From positions 1 through 31,430 of the forward strand of contig PCWY01000022.1 of NCBI GenBank assembly GCA_002762975.1: DNA of 31,430 nucleotides, given 5' to 3'. Below the pieces are notes generated by a model that made no database searches, had not been told where the DNA came from, and saw only the letters and a list, made by a program, of their open reading frames with translations. Below, piece by piece: positions 17,096-25,604 of this stretch. A program made the translations under genes and the position numbers. The number at the start of each line of letters is the position of its first letter. Position 1 is the stretch's first letter. This DNA comes from Candidatus Diapherotrites archaeon CG11_big_fil_rev_8_21_14_0_20_37_9 (GTDB lineage Archaea; Iainarchaeota; Iainarchaeia; Iainarchaeales; Iainarchaeaceae).

Positions 17096-17158
17096 ATGAT
17101 ACAATTACAAAATATATTAACCAATGGTAGTTACCTAGAAAAAGCGAGGTTTGAATAA
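17096..17158 (+). other. 20-aa mini-ORF MIQLQNILTNGSYLEKARFE ending in the duplicated pheA tail
   Basis: ATG 17096 to TAA 17158; the stop is 2 nt before the transketolase ATG. Confidence 0.4.
17138..17158 (+). repeat. Direct repeat copy 2
   Basis: gaaaaagcgaggtttgaataa, identical to 16128-16148. Confidence 0.95.
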
Positions 17159-17160
17159 AA

Positions 17161-17970
17161 ATGGCTGAAGTTAAGGAACTGGAAAAAATCGCAAAATCCC
17201 TGAGAAAGGACATTGTTGAAATGACCAATATTAGCCAATCGGGTCATCCGACTACCTCAATGAGCTGCATAGACATACTCACGGCACTTTACTTTTCAGA
17301 ATTGAAACACAACCCAAAAAACCCAAAAGACCCTAATAGAGATAGGTTCATTTTGAGCAAGGGGCATGGCGCTCCTGCAATTTATGTGTGCCTTGCGCAT
17401 GCAGGTTATTTTCCGAAAGAGGAATTAAAGCATTTAAGAGAAATCAATCATTTATTGCAAGGTCATCCAAGTACGAGCATTCCAGGTATAGAGATTGCCA
17501 CCGGCTCCTTGGGCATGGGTCTTAGCGTTGGCAATGGCATTGCATGGGCTGCAAAGCTTGACAAAAAAGATTATCACACTTATGTGATGTTCGGCGATGG
17601 TGAATTGCATGAGGGCCAATGTTGGGAATCCATAATGGCTACTCCTGATTTTAAACTTGATAATGTAACATTAATTGTTGATAGAAATAGATTACAGAAT
17701 GATGGTTGGATTGATGCTGAAAAACAGCTCGAGCCACTTGACAAAAAATTCGAGGCATTCGGCTGGGAAGTACTTACAATAAACGGTCATGACATGAAAG
17801 AAATCCTTGATGCGTTAAGGCATGCATGGAAATCAAAAAATCCTGTATGTGTTATTGCAAATACAATCAAGGGCAAGGGCGTAAAAATAATTGAAGATGA
17901 TCCTGATATGCATGGAAAACCTTTGAGCAAGGAACAATACGCTGAAGCAATAAAGGAGTTGGCAGAATGA
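17161..17970 (+). CDS. Transketolase, N-terminal (ThDP-binding) subunit
   Basis: SGHPTTSMS, DRFILSKGH, LQGHP, TGSLGMGLS, GDGELHEGQCWE...DRNRLQ and TIKGKG. Confidence 0.95.
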   Translation: MAEVKELEKIAKSLRKDIVEMTNISQSGHPTTSMSCIDILTALYFSELKHNPKNPKDPNRDRFILSKGHGAPAIYVCLAHAGYFPKEELKHLREINHLLQGHPSTSIPGIEIATGSLGMGLSVGNGIAWAAKLDKKDYHTYVMFGDGELHEGQCWESIMATPDFKLDNVTLIVDRNRLQNDGWIDAEKQLEPLDKKFEAFGWEVLTINGHDMKEILDALRHAWKSKNPVCVIANTIKGKGVKIIEDDPDMHGKPLSKEQYAEAIKELAE

Positions 17971-18920
17971 ATAAGTACAAAGTCGGTGAAAAGGCCGCAA
18001 GTAGAGATTCTTACGGACAGGCGCTTATTGAGCTTGGAGAAAAACATGAGGAAATTATTGTAATGGATGCGGATCTTGCAAAGAGTTCCAAGGCGTATGA
18101 TTTTGCAAAAGTTTTTCCAAACAGATTCAAGTATGCTGGGATTTCAGAACAAGATATGGTTTCAATGGCTGCGGGTCTTGCAACTACAGGAAAAGTTCCT
18201 TTTATTAGTTCGTTTGCCTGCTTTTTGCCGACGCGCGGTTATGACCAGATAAGAGTTAGCGTCTGTTATTCAAACACAAATGTGAAAATAACTGGTTCAC
18301 ATGGCGGTTTAATGACAGGAAAGGACGGTCCTACAGGTCAGGGTATTACTGATTTGGCTCTGATGAGAAACCTGCCTAATATGCATGTTCTTGTTCCTGC
18401 TGATGTTCAAGAAACCATTGCGTGTACAAGGGCAATGTATGAAAATAAAGGCCCTTTTTACATGAGGACTGCGAGGGAAAAAACAGTTATTCTTAATGAA
18501 AATGTTCCTGAGGTAAAATTAGGAACTTCTTTTTTGTTAAGGGATGAAAGCGATGCAGTAATCATTGCTGTTGGTGCAATGGTTCCTGAGGCGGTAAAGG
18601 CTGCTGATAGCCTGAAGCAAAAGGGTATATGTGTGAGTGTCCTGAACTGTGTTTCACTCAAGCCAATTGATGAAAAAGCAGTTCAAAAAGTTTCAAAAAA
18701 CGGGCTTGTTGTTTCTGCTGAAGATGGTGTTGTCGAGGCTCTGGGTGCGAGTGTTGCGGAAATAATTGCAGAAAAAAGAATTGATGCAAAACTCATTCGG
18801 GTTGGATTGAATAACAAATTTGCAGAATCAGGTGATGCATTTGATTTGCTTGCAAAATACAAAATGGATGCAAATGCAATTGAAAAAAATATACTTAATG
18901 GTTTAAAGGAGATGAAATAA
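17967..18920 (+). CDS. Transketolase, C-terminal (pyrimidine-binding and C-terminal) subunit
   Basis: ADLAKS, GISEQDMV..AAGLA, DQIR, G.DGPTGQ, D..LMRNLPNM.V..PAD and GPFYMR. Confidence 0.93.
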   Translation: MNKYKVGEKAASRDSYGQALIELGEKHEEIIVMDADLAKSSKAYDFAKVFPNRFKYAGISEQDMVSMAAGLATTGKVPFISSFACFLPTRGYDQIRVSVCYSNTNVKITGSHGGLMTGKDGPTGQGITDLALMRNLPNMHVLVPADVQETIACTRAMYENKGPFYMRTAREKTVILNENVPEVKLGTSFLLRDESDAVIIAVGAMVPEAVKAADSLKQKGICVSVLNCVSLKPIDEKAVQKVSKNGLVVSAEDGVVEALGASVAEIIAEKRIDAKLIRVGLNNKFAESGDAFDLLAKYKMDANAIEKNILNGLKEMK

Positions 18921-19936
18921 TGTTGATGATATTAAAGATGGGTGTAACCCAACAGCAGATTGACAAGCTTGTTGATTTTATTGAAAAACACAAGCTTAAG
19001 GCGCATGTTTCTATTGGAGAAACAAAAAGTATTGTTGGGATTATTGGCGATGAGTCAAAGATTTCCAAAGAGCATCTTGAAAGTTTTGATTTTGTTGAAA
19101 AGGTAATGCCTGTGCAGAAACCTTATAGGCGAGCTTCAAGGGAAATTCATCCTGAGAATACAGTAATTGATGTAAAGGGCGTTAAAATCGGCGGAAATGA
19201 AATTACAATGATAGCAGGTCCTTGTAGTATTGAAAGCGAGGAACAGGCTTTTGAGATTGCAACAGCTTTGAAAAAAATGGGTGTAAAGGTTTACAGGGGA
19301 TCTGCTTACAAGCCGAGAACATCGCCTTATGCATTCCAGGGTCTTGGACTTAAGGCACTTAAAATTTTGAGAAAAATCGGTGACGAATTAGGCCTTGTTG
19401 TTGAAACAGAATTAATGGATATAAGAAATATTGAAGTTGTTGCAAAACATGTGGATATGATTAGGATTGGTGCAAGGAACACGCAAAACTTTGATTTGCT
19501 AAAAGAGGTTGGAAAAGTTGACAAACCGATAATTTTGAAAAATGGGGTTTCAACCACAATGGAAGAATGGTTGTTTGCGGCAGAGTATATTCTTAATGAG
19601 GGCAACAATAATGTGATTCTTTGTGAAAGAGGAATAAGGACTTATGAGCCTGCAACAAGAAACACTCTGAATTTAAGCGTGATTCCTATTCTAAAGGAGC
19701 TTACTCATCTGCCAGTAATTGTAGATCCTTGCCATGCGGCAGGAAAGCGTGGGCCTATACCTGCATTAAGTAAAGCTTCTGTTGCTGTAGGCGCAGATGG
19801 TTTGCTTATAGAGGTGCATAATAATCCTCAAGTTGCTTTGTCAGATGCGGCTCAGCAATTGACTCCAAAGGATTTTGAAATACTTTATAACGACCTGAAA
19901 AGAGTTGCTAAATCTGTTGATAGAACGTTGGTGTAA
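18920..19936 (+). CDS. aroF: DAHP synthase, type I-beta with N-terminal regulatory domain
   Basis: [52 protein letters not shown] and EVHNNP..ALSD..Q. Confidence 0.95.
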   Translation: MLMILKMGVTQQQIDKLVDFIEKHKLKAHVSIGETKSIVGIIGDESKISKEHLESFDFVEKVMPVQKPYRRASREIHPENTVIDVKGVKIGGNEITMIAGPCSIESEEQAFEIATALKKMGVKVYRGSAYKPRTSPYAFQGLGLKALKILRKIGDELGLVVETELMDIRNIEVVAKHVDMIRIGARNTQNFDLLKEVGKVDKPIILKNGVSTTMEEWLFAAEYILNEGNNNVILCERGIRTYEPATRNTLNLSVIPILKELTHLPVIVDPCHAAGKRGPIPALSKASVAVGADGLLIEVHNNPQVALSDAAQQLTPKDFEILYNDLKRVAKSVDRTLV

Positions 19937-20578
19937 ATGAAATTAATTTTGTGCAGACACGGACAAACAGACTACAATAAAGAGCACAGGCTACAGGGAA
20001 GTCTTGAAACTGACATAAGTTCAGAAGGTAGAAAGCAGGCCAGGGAAGTTGGGGATTTTTTAAAATCAAAAGAATTTGATTTTGCTTTTTGTTCTCCTCA
20101 AAAAAGATGTATGCAGACTGCTTCTGAAATAATGGCATTTCATAAGGATAAAGAGCTTGTTCAGCGAAATGAATTAAGGGAAATAGATGTTGGTAAATAT
20201 GAAGGAATGAATCCGGCGGAAATAGAAAAAAAATTTCCAGGAGACTGGAAAAAGCGTATGCAGGATAAATATTCTTTTGTTCATGCAGCTGGTGAAAGTT
20301 ATGCCAAAATGGATTCTGAAAGAATAAAGCCTTTGCTTCAGGAATTTAAGGAAAAATATTACAGCCGAACCTTGTTGTTGGTAACTCATATGGGAACTGG
20401 CAGACTCATAATAGGGAATATGCTTGGGCTCAAAGGAAAAGAAATGATGGAAATTCATTTTCCTAATGACTGTATTTATTTTATTGAATATAGACCACAT
20501 AAAACCGTACTTGAATATGTTCTTGTTGAAACAGGGAAAAAAGGAAAAGGATTCATAACAGATACTGATTATTATTGA
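19937..20578 (+). CDS. Histidine phosphatase (phosphoglycerate mutase-like) family protein
   Basis: LILCRHGQTDYN, SPQKRCMQTA, LREID.G.YEG, GES and VTH. Confidence 0.9.
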   Translation: MKLILCRHGQTDYNKEHRLQGSLETDISSEGRKQAREVGDFLKSKEFDFAFCSPQKRCMQTASEIMAFHKDKELVQRNELREIDVGKYEGMNPAEIEKKFPGDWKKRMQDKYSFVHAAGESYAKMDSERIKPLLQEFKEKYYSRTLLLVTHMGTGRLIIGNMLGLKGKEMMEIHFPNDCIYFIEYRPHKTVLEYVLVETGKKGKGFITDTDYY

Positions 20579-20699
20579 AAATCAGCTTTTTTTCATGATT
20601 TAAGGGACGTTTATTCAAGGTATTTTGAATTTTATACCGAAAAATATTTATTCAACCTCCAAGCTATTAGTGTTATAGTTTTGGTTTGGGGGGATTGGT

Positions 20700-21971
20700 T
20701 TGAATTCTAATCAGGAAAGCAGTGAAGTTATTTGTGAAGTTTGTAAAATCCAATTAGATAAAATTGCACAGGTAAAGCATTTAACTAATCTTGAATTAGC
20801 TGTTCTTACTCAGCCGAAACGCGTGCTTAACATAAATATCCCTCTTATTATGGATAATGGGGTTGTAAAAATTTTTCCTGCATTTAGAGTGCAGTACAAT
20901 GATGCCCGAGGTCCTACAAAAGGAGGAATAAGGTTTCATGACCATATTAATCTTGCACATGTAAAGGAACTTGCATTTTTAATGAGTCTTAAATGTGCAC
21001 TTGTAGATATTCCGCTTGGTGGATCAAAAGGGGGAATTAAAGTTAATCCACGCGAACTAACTAAAGGAGAATTACAAAGACTTAGCAGGTCTTACATAAG
21101 GGAATTTGTTGATTTTATTGGTCCTGACAGAGATATACCTGCTCCTGATCTGAATACAACTCCTGAAATAATGGGTTGGATGCTTGATGAATATGAAAAA
21201 ATAATGGGCAAAAAAGCACCTGGGATGATTACAGGAAAACCTCTTTCAATTGGAGGAAGCAAAGGAAGAGTATATTCAACTTCTCTTGGGGGAGCTTTTA
21301 CAATTAGAAATTATTTTAACTCAATTTCAAAAAAAGAAAAAGGAACAACTGTTGCAATTCAGGGATTTGGAAATGTTGGTTCTCACCTTGCCAAAATTCT
21401 TGATGAGTGGGGTTATACTGTTGTTGCAATTTCAGATTCAAAAGGCGGAGTTTACAAAAAATCTGGTTTAGATATAAAAAAGCTTTTAGCAGAAGCTGAT
21501 TCAGGAAAAAAAGTTCAAGAAACAAGTGTTGGTGAAAAAATAAGTAATGGTGATTTGCTTGAACTTGATGTTGATGTGCTTGTTCCTGCTGCAGTTGAAA
21601 ATGTCATTAATTCAGGAAACATAGAAAAAATAAAAACAAAACTAATTGTGGAACTTGCGAATGGTCCTATTACAACTGACGCGGATGATTTTTTTGAAAA
21701 AAAGAATGTTGTTATTTTGCCTGATATTCTTGCAAATTCAGGTGGGGTAATTGTAAGCTACTTTGAATGGGTACAGAATCAGTCAAATTATTATTGGGAA
21801 GAGGAAGAAGTAAATCAAAAACTTGAAATGTATATGAAAAGAGCTTTTGATGAAGTAAATAAGTTAAAGAACGAGGGTGAATTTTCTTTCAGAAAAGCAT
21901 CCTATGTGCTTGCTGTAAAAAGAATTCTTCAAGCTGAGGAAGATAGGGGAATAATAGTTAAAAAAAAGTAA
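20700..21971 (+). CDS. gdhA: Glu/Leu/Phe/Val dehydrogenase, most likely glutamate dehydrogenase
   Basis: RGPTKGGIRF, GGSKGGI, DIPAPD, TGKP..GGS.GR, IQGFGNVG, ELANGP and PDILANSGGV.VSYFEWVQN. Confidence 0.93.
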   Translation: MNSNQESSEVICEVCKIQLDKIAQVKHLTNLELAVLTQPKRVLNINIPLIMDNGVVKIFPAFRVQYNDARGPTKGGIRFHDHINLAHVKELAFLMSLKCALVDIPLGGSKGGIKVNPRELTKGELQRLSRSYIREFVDFIGPDRDIPAPDLNTTPEIMGWMLDEYEKIMGKKAPGMITGKPLSIGGSKGRVYSTSLGGAFTIRNYFNSISKKEKGTTVAIQGFGNVGSHLAKILDEWGYTVVAISDSKGGVYKKSGLDIKKLLAEADSGKKVQETSVGEKISNGDLLELDVDVLVPAAVENVINSGNIEKIKTKLIVELANGPITTDADDFFEKKNVVILPDILANSGGVIVSYFEWVQNQSNYYWEEEEVNQKLEMYMKRAFDEVNKLKNEGEFSFRKASYVLAVKRILQAEEDRGIIVKKK

Positions 21972-22029
21972 TTTTTGTAAAGGGCAATTATAACTAACAT
22001 TTAAATACTTTAGGTAATGGTATTATTGT

Positions 22030-22077
22030 ATGGCTAGAAGGGATTTACTTTGGCTCAAATCAATTTGTTTTGAGTAG
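22030..22077 (+). other. Candidate leaderless uORF MARRDLLWLKSICFE (one Trp codon)
   Basis: ATG lies 30 nt after the start of TTTAAATA (22000-22007), upstream of tRNA-Trp and trpE. Confidence 0.3.
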
Positions 22078-22165
22078 TCCTAGGAATGCCATAGCAACTA
22101 TTTTTATTAAATTCTACTCTATTTACGCATGGCACTGGCTTTAAGCCACTGCATTGTAACTGATT

Positions 22166-22238
22166 GGGGATATAGCATAACCTGGTAGTGTACCTGGCTC
22201 CAGACCAGAGGATGGGGGTTCAAATCCCTCTGTCCCCA
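22166..22238 (+). tRNA. tRNA-Trp (anticodon CCA), intron-less, CCA tail not encoded
   Basis: Acceptor ggggata/tgtcccc plus discriminator A, D-arm gcat/gtgt, anticodon arm ctgg-ct-CCA-ga-ccag (CCA at 22200-22202), T-arm ggggg-ttcaaat-ccctc. Confidence 0.93.
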
Positions 22239-22240
22239 CA

Positions 22241-22275
22241 TCTTTTTATTTCTCTTAAAAAGAGAAAGGAAAAAG
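22241..22275 (+). promoter_or_regulatory. T-rich tract after the tRNA, able to pair into a long hairpin
   Basis: cttttt (22242-22247) with aaaaag (22270-22275), and tttctctt (22249-22256) with aagagaaa (22260-22267). Confidence 0.5.
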
Positions 22276-22326
22276 CGGTATCAAAAAGAAAGAGAATCAA
22301 GCATAATTTGTGCTTATAATGAAAAA

Positions 22327-23934
22327 GTGAGTTTATTGGAAGGGCTAAAAGAGCTGAAAAAAGCAAAGAAAGGAAGCATTGTTCCATTATACGAGGAAAT
22401 GTCCACTGAAATGAATGCATTTGATTATTTTAGTAGACTCTCAAATCACGGTGCTTCAAAAAATTCTATTTTACTTGAAAGCGCGGACATAATTACAAAG
22501 TATGGTGAAAAAAGCATTGGTTCTGTTGATCCATGCATTAAAGTAATTGGGCGAAGCGAGAAGTTTGAAATAATTTCTCTTAATTCTTTGGGTGACGAAT
22601 TCCTGAAAAATATTGTTCAGAATTTGCAGTTTTGTTCAGACTTAAAAATTGAAAAGAAAAAAATTTCAGGTACAATAAAAAAATCAAGTGCAATTACCTC
22701 TGAAAATGAAAGGCTTAACTCAAAAACACAGGCAGATATTCTAAGGGCAATTGCATTCAAACTTGTTCCTGTTTACAAACCTTTTCCTGTTTATGGCGGT
22801 CTATTTGGGTGTATTGCGTATGATTTTATTGATCAGTTTGAAACCCTTCCTGAAAACAAAAAAGATGTGCTTAACGAACCTGATTATGAAATGAATTTTT
22901 ATAATAATATTTTTATTTTAGACCATAAAAAGGAAAAAATTACTTTTGTTGCAAACGCCCTTATTTTTGATGAACAGGATAAAGATAAAGAATTAAAACG
23001 CTGCCAGAAAATAATTGATTCTTATAAAAAGGTGTTTTCAAAATCGCCAAATGGAAAAAAAACTAATTATTCAAAAAGAGTTGTTTCAACAGATACAACC
23101 AAAGAAGAATTTGAAGAAACCGTTTCTGAGCTTAAAAAAAATGTTTTTTTAGGGGATGTGTTTCAGGTTGTTCCTTCAAGAACCATAACTTCGACTTTTA
23201 GTTGTGAACCTCTTGACATCTATAATTCATTGAGAAATCTTAATCCAAGTCCTTACATGTTTTTCTTTTCAAATGAAGCAGGAATACTTTTAGGAAGCAG
23301 TCCGGAAACATTCATTAAAGTTTCAGGAGAAAAGAGAAAAAAAATTGAAATCAGACCTATCGCAGGAACCAAACCAAGAGGTTTTGTAAATGGGTTACTT
23401 GATGCAGATCTTGATTCAAGGTTTGAGGCGGAACTGAAAACAGATCAGAAAGAAATTGCCGAGCATACGATGCTAATTGATCTTGCGAGAAATGATGTTG
23501 CAAGAGTTTCAGAAGCAGGAAGCAGGCATTGTGATATGCCATACCGTATAGAAAAATATTCACATGTTCAGCATATTGTAAGCACGGTTTCAGGAACACT
23601 TAAAGCGAATATGGATGCATTACATGCTTACCTTGCATGTATGAACATGGGTACACTTACCGGTGCACCAAAAGTTGAGGCAATGAAACTTATAAGAGTA
23701 CATGAAAAAACACGGCGTGGTTTTTATGGTGGGAGTATTGGTTATCTTACTCCTTCAGGTGAATTTGATTCTGCAATAGTAATCAGAAGCATGACCCTTA
23801 AAGGAAACACCGCTTATATTCGGACAGGCGCGGGAATTGTTTATGATTCTGTTCCTGAGAAGGAATTTTTTGAGACTGAAAAAAAGGCACGGGCGTGTCT
23901 TGAGGCAATTGAAGTTGCGGAGGCAAAAAAATGA
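22327..23934 (+). CDS. trpE: Anthranilate synthase component I
   Basis: LLESAD, NPSPYMF, SSPE, PIAGTKPRG, EHTMLIDLARND, MNMGTLTGAPK and AGAGIVYDS.P..E..ET..K. Confidence 0.95.
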   Translation: MSLLEGLKELKKAKKGSIVPLYEEMSTEMNAFDYFSRLSNHGASKNSILLESADIITKYGEKSIGSVDPCIKVIGRSEKFEIISLNSLGDEFLKNIVQNLQFCSDLKIEKKKISGTIKKSSAITSENERLNSKTQADILRAIAFKLVPVYKPFPVYGGLFGCIAYDFIDQFETLPENKKDVLNEPDYEMNFYNNIFILDHKKEKITFVANALIFDEQDKDKELKRCQKIIDSYKKVFSKSPNGKKTNYSKRVVSTDTTKEEFEETVSELKKNVFLGDVFQVVPSRTITSTFSCEPLDIYNSLRNLNPSPYMFFFSNEAGILLGSSPETFIKVSGEKRKKIEIRPIAGTKPRGFVNGLLDADLDSRFEAELKTDQKEIAEHTMLIDLARNDVARVSEAGSRHCDMPYRIEKYSHVQHIVSTVSGTLKANMDALHAYLACMNMGTLTGAPKVEAMKLIRVHEKTRRGFYGGSIGYLTPSGEFDSAIVIRSMTLKGNTAYIRTGAGIVYDSVPEKEFFETEKKARACLEAIEVAEAKK

Positions 23935-24518
23935 AAAAAATTCTTTTTATAGATAATTTTGATTCCTTTACATATAACCTTGTGGATGAATTTGAAAAAA
24001 GAAACTGCGAAGTTATTGTGTACAGGAATAATACCCCAATTGAAAAAATAAAGGAAATAATTTCAGAACTCAAACCAGGATTAATAGTAATTTCTCCAGG
24101 TCCTTCAAACCCGGCAAATGCGGGCAACTGCATGCCTATAATAAAGGAATTTTCCGGAAAAGTGCCTATTTTCGGGGTTTGTCTTGGGGAGCAATGCATG
24201 GTTGAGGCATTTGGTGGAAAAGTTGGCAAGGCCCCCGAGACAATCCATGGGAAACCATCTCAGATTTTTCATGATTCCAAAGGGCTTTTTTCAGGGCTTT
24301 CAAACCCTTTTCAGGCAGGCCGTTATCATTCTCTTGCGGGCATTGAAATTCCGAATTGTTTTGAAATCAGCGCCAAAACTGCAGGCGGAATTGTGATGGG
24401 AATACGGCACAGGGAATTTTTTGTTGATGGAGTGCAATTTCACCCTGAAAGCATCCTTACGCCTGAAGGTGGAAAAATTATTGAAAATATTCTCGCAATG
24501 CTGGAGGCAAAAAAATGA
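23931..24518 (+). CDS. trpG: Anthranilate synthase component II (glutamine amidotransferase)
   Basis: IDNFDSFTYNL, SPGPSNP, GVCLG, RYHSL and QFHPES. Confidence 0.95.
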   Translation: MKKILFIDNFDSFTYNLVDEFEKRNCEVIVYRNNTPIEKIKEIISELKPGLIVISPGPSNPANAGNCMPIIKEFSGKVPIFGVCLGEQCMVEAFGGKVGKAPETIHGKPSQIFHDSKGLFSGLSNPFQAGRYHSLAGIEIPNCFEISAKTAGGIVMGIRHREFFVDGVQFHPESILTPEGGKIIENILAMLEAKK

Positions 24519-24598
24519 GTTTTGATAAAAGCCTCCTGCAGAGCAGGGTGCATCGCATCCAACTGACGAAACTGTTGCAGGAGGAAAAAAATGATTAA
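24515..24598 (+). other. 27-aa bridging [30 protein letters not shown] between trpG and trpD
   Basis: GGAGG (24503-24507) plus 7 nt precedes an ATG overlapping the trpG stop (ATGA). Its stop lies just after the trpD ATG. Confidence 0.5.
24532..24584 (+). promoter_or_regulatory. GC-rich hairpin sequestering the trpD RBS
   Basis: Perfect 9-bp cctcctgca (24532-24540) / tgcaggagg (24576-24584), with inner gggtgc-atc-gcatcc. Confidence 0.7.
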
Positions 24599-25604
24599 AG
24601 AAGCAATTTCACAGGTTATTGAAGGCAAAAGCCTTGGCAAAAATGAAGCAAAAGAAGTTTTTGATGAAATAATGTCAGGTAAATGTACTGACGCACAAAT
24701 AGCTTCGCTTATTACTGCGCTTCGCATGAAAGGTGAATCAGTTGAGGAAATAACTGGTGCAGCAGAATCAATGAGAAATGTTGTTGCAAAAGTAAATTAT
24801 TCTGGAAAAGAAGATCTTTTGGATATTGTGGGTACCGGCGGGGATAAGAAAAGCACTTTTAATATTTCAACTGCTTCTTTTTTTGTTGCCGCAGGTGCAG
24901 GATGTATTGTTGCAAAACATGGCAATAAAAGTGTTTCAAGCAAATCGGGAGCTGCTGATGTACTTACTGAGTTAGGGATTAATGTTGAAACATTGCCTGA
25001 AAGAAATTCTCAGATCCTTTCAAAAATCGGTTTAACTTTCATGTTTGCCCCTAAACATCACCCTGCAATGAAATATGCAATCGGACCAAGAAAGGAAATT
25101 GGGGTAAGAACTATTTTCAACATTCTTGGACCAATAACAAATCCTGCAAATGCAAATACTTATTTGCTTGGAGCTTATTCAAAGGAACTTGCGGAAAAAC
25201 TTGCTAATGTACTTTTAGGTCTTAATGTAAAAAAAGCAATTGTTGTTCACGGCTCGGGCTATGATGAGGCAACTCTTGTTGGAAAAACAGCTGCTTTTAT
25301 TGCTGAAAATAATTTTGTAACAAAAATAGAATTTGCTCCTGGAAAATTTGGGTTTTCTGCATGCTCTGATAAAGATCTTATGGTTGATTCTCCAAAAGAA
25401 TCTGCGGAAATAATAAAAAAAATTCTTGAAGGAAAAGAAAAAGGCCCAAAAAGGGATATTGTTCTCCTTAATGCAGGGATTGCGATTTATGCAAACGGGA
25501 AAGCAAAAAGTATTTCCAATGGAATTGAAATGGCAAAAAATAGCATTGAGTCTGGAAAAGCGCTTGCAAAACTAATGGAACTTTTGGAGGAATCAAACAA
25601 ATGA
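24591..25604 (+). CDS. trpD: Anthranilate phosphoribosyltransferase
   Basis: [47 protein letters not shown] and G.DE. Confidence 0.96.
   Translation: MIKEAISQVIEGKSLGKNEAKEVFDEIMSGKCTDAQIASLITALRMKGESVEEITGAAESMRNVVAKVNYSGKEDLLDIVGTGGDKKSTFNISTASFFVAAGAGCIVAKHGNKSVSSKSGAADVLTELGINVETLPERNSQILSKIGLTFMFAPKHHPAMKYAIGPRKEIGVRTIFNILGPITNPANANTYLLGAYSKELAEKLANVLLGLNVKKAIVVHGSGYDEATLVGKTAAFIAENNFVTKIEFAPGKFGFSACSDKDLMVDSPKESAEIIKKILEGKEKGPKRDIVLLNAGIAIYANGKAKSISNGIEMAKNSIESGKALAKLMELLEESNK

Larger units (their letters stand above)
16128..17158. mobile_element. About 1-kb inserted cassette carrying a Bro-N gene, bounded by 21-bp direct repeats
   Basis: The repeats are 1010 bp apart and duplicate the pheA end. 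The cargo is unrelated to aromatic biosynthesis. No integrase or transposase is visible. Confidence 0.6.

Noticed and set aside
20579-20699. Leader peptide or operator upstream of gdhA
   Set aside because: Only a 2-codon ORF (ATG ATT TAA) and short AT-rich inverted repeats (attcaa/ttgaat), which are expected by chance.
22080-22165. Box C/D guide RNA upstream of tRNA-Trp (CTGA at 22160-22163)
   Set aside because: No RTGATGA box C or C'/D' pair at a suitable distance.
24563-24572. Hammerhead ribozyme core suggested by CTGACGAAAC
   Set aside because: The CUGANGA and GAAA elements overlap with no stem II between them, and no matching three-way junction is visible.
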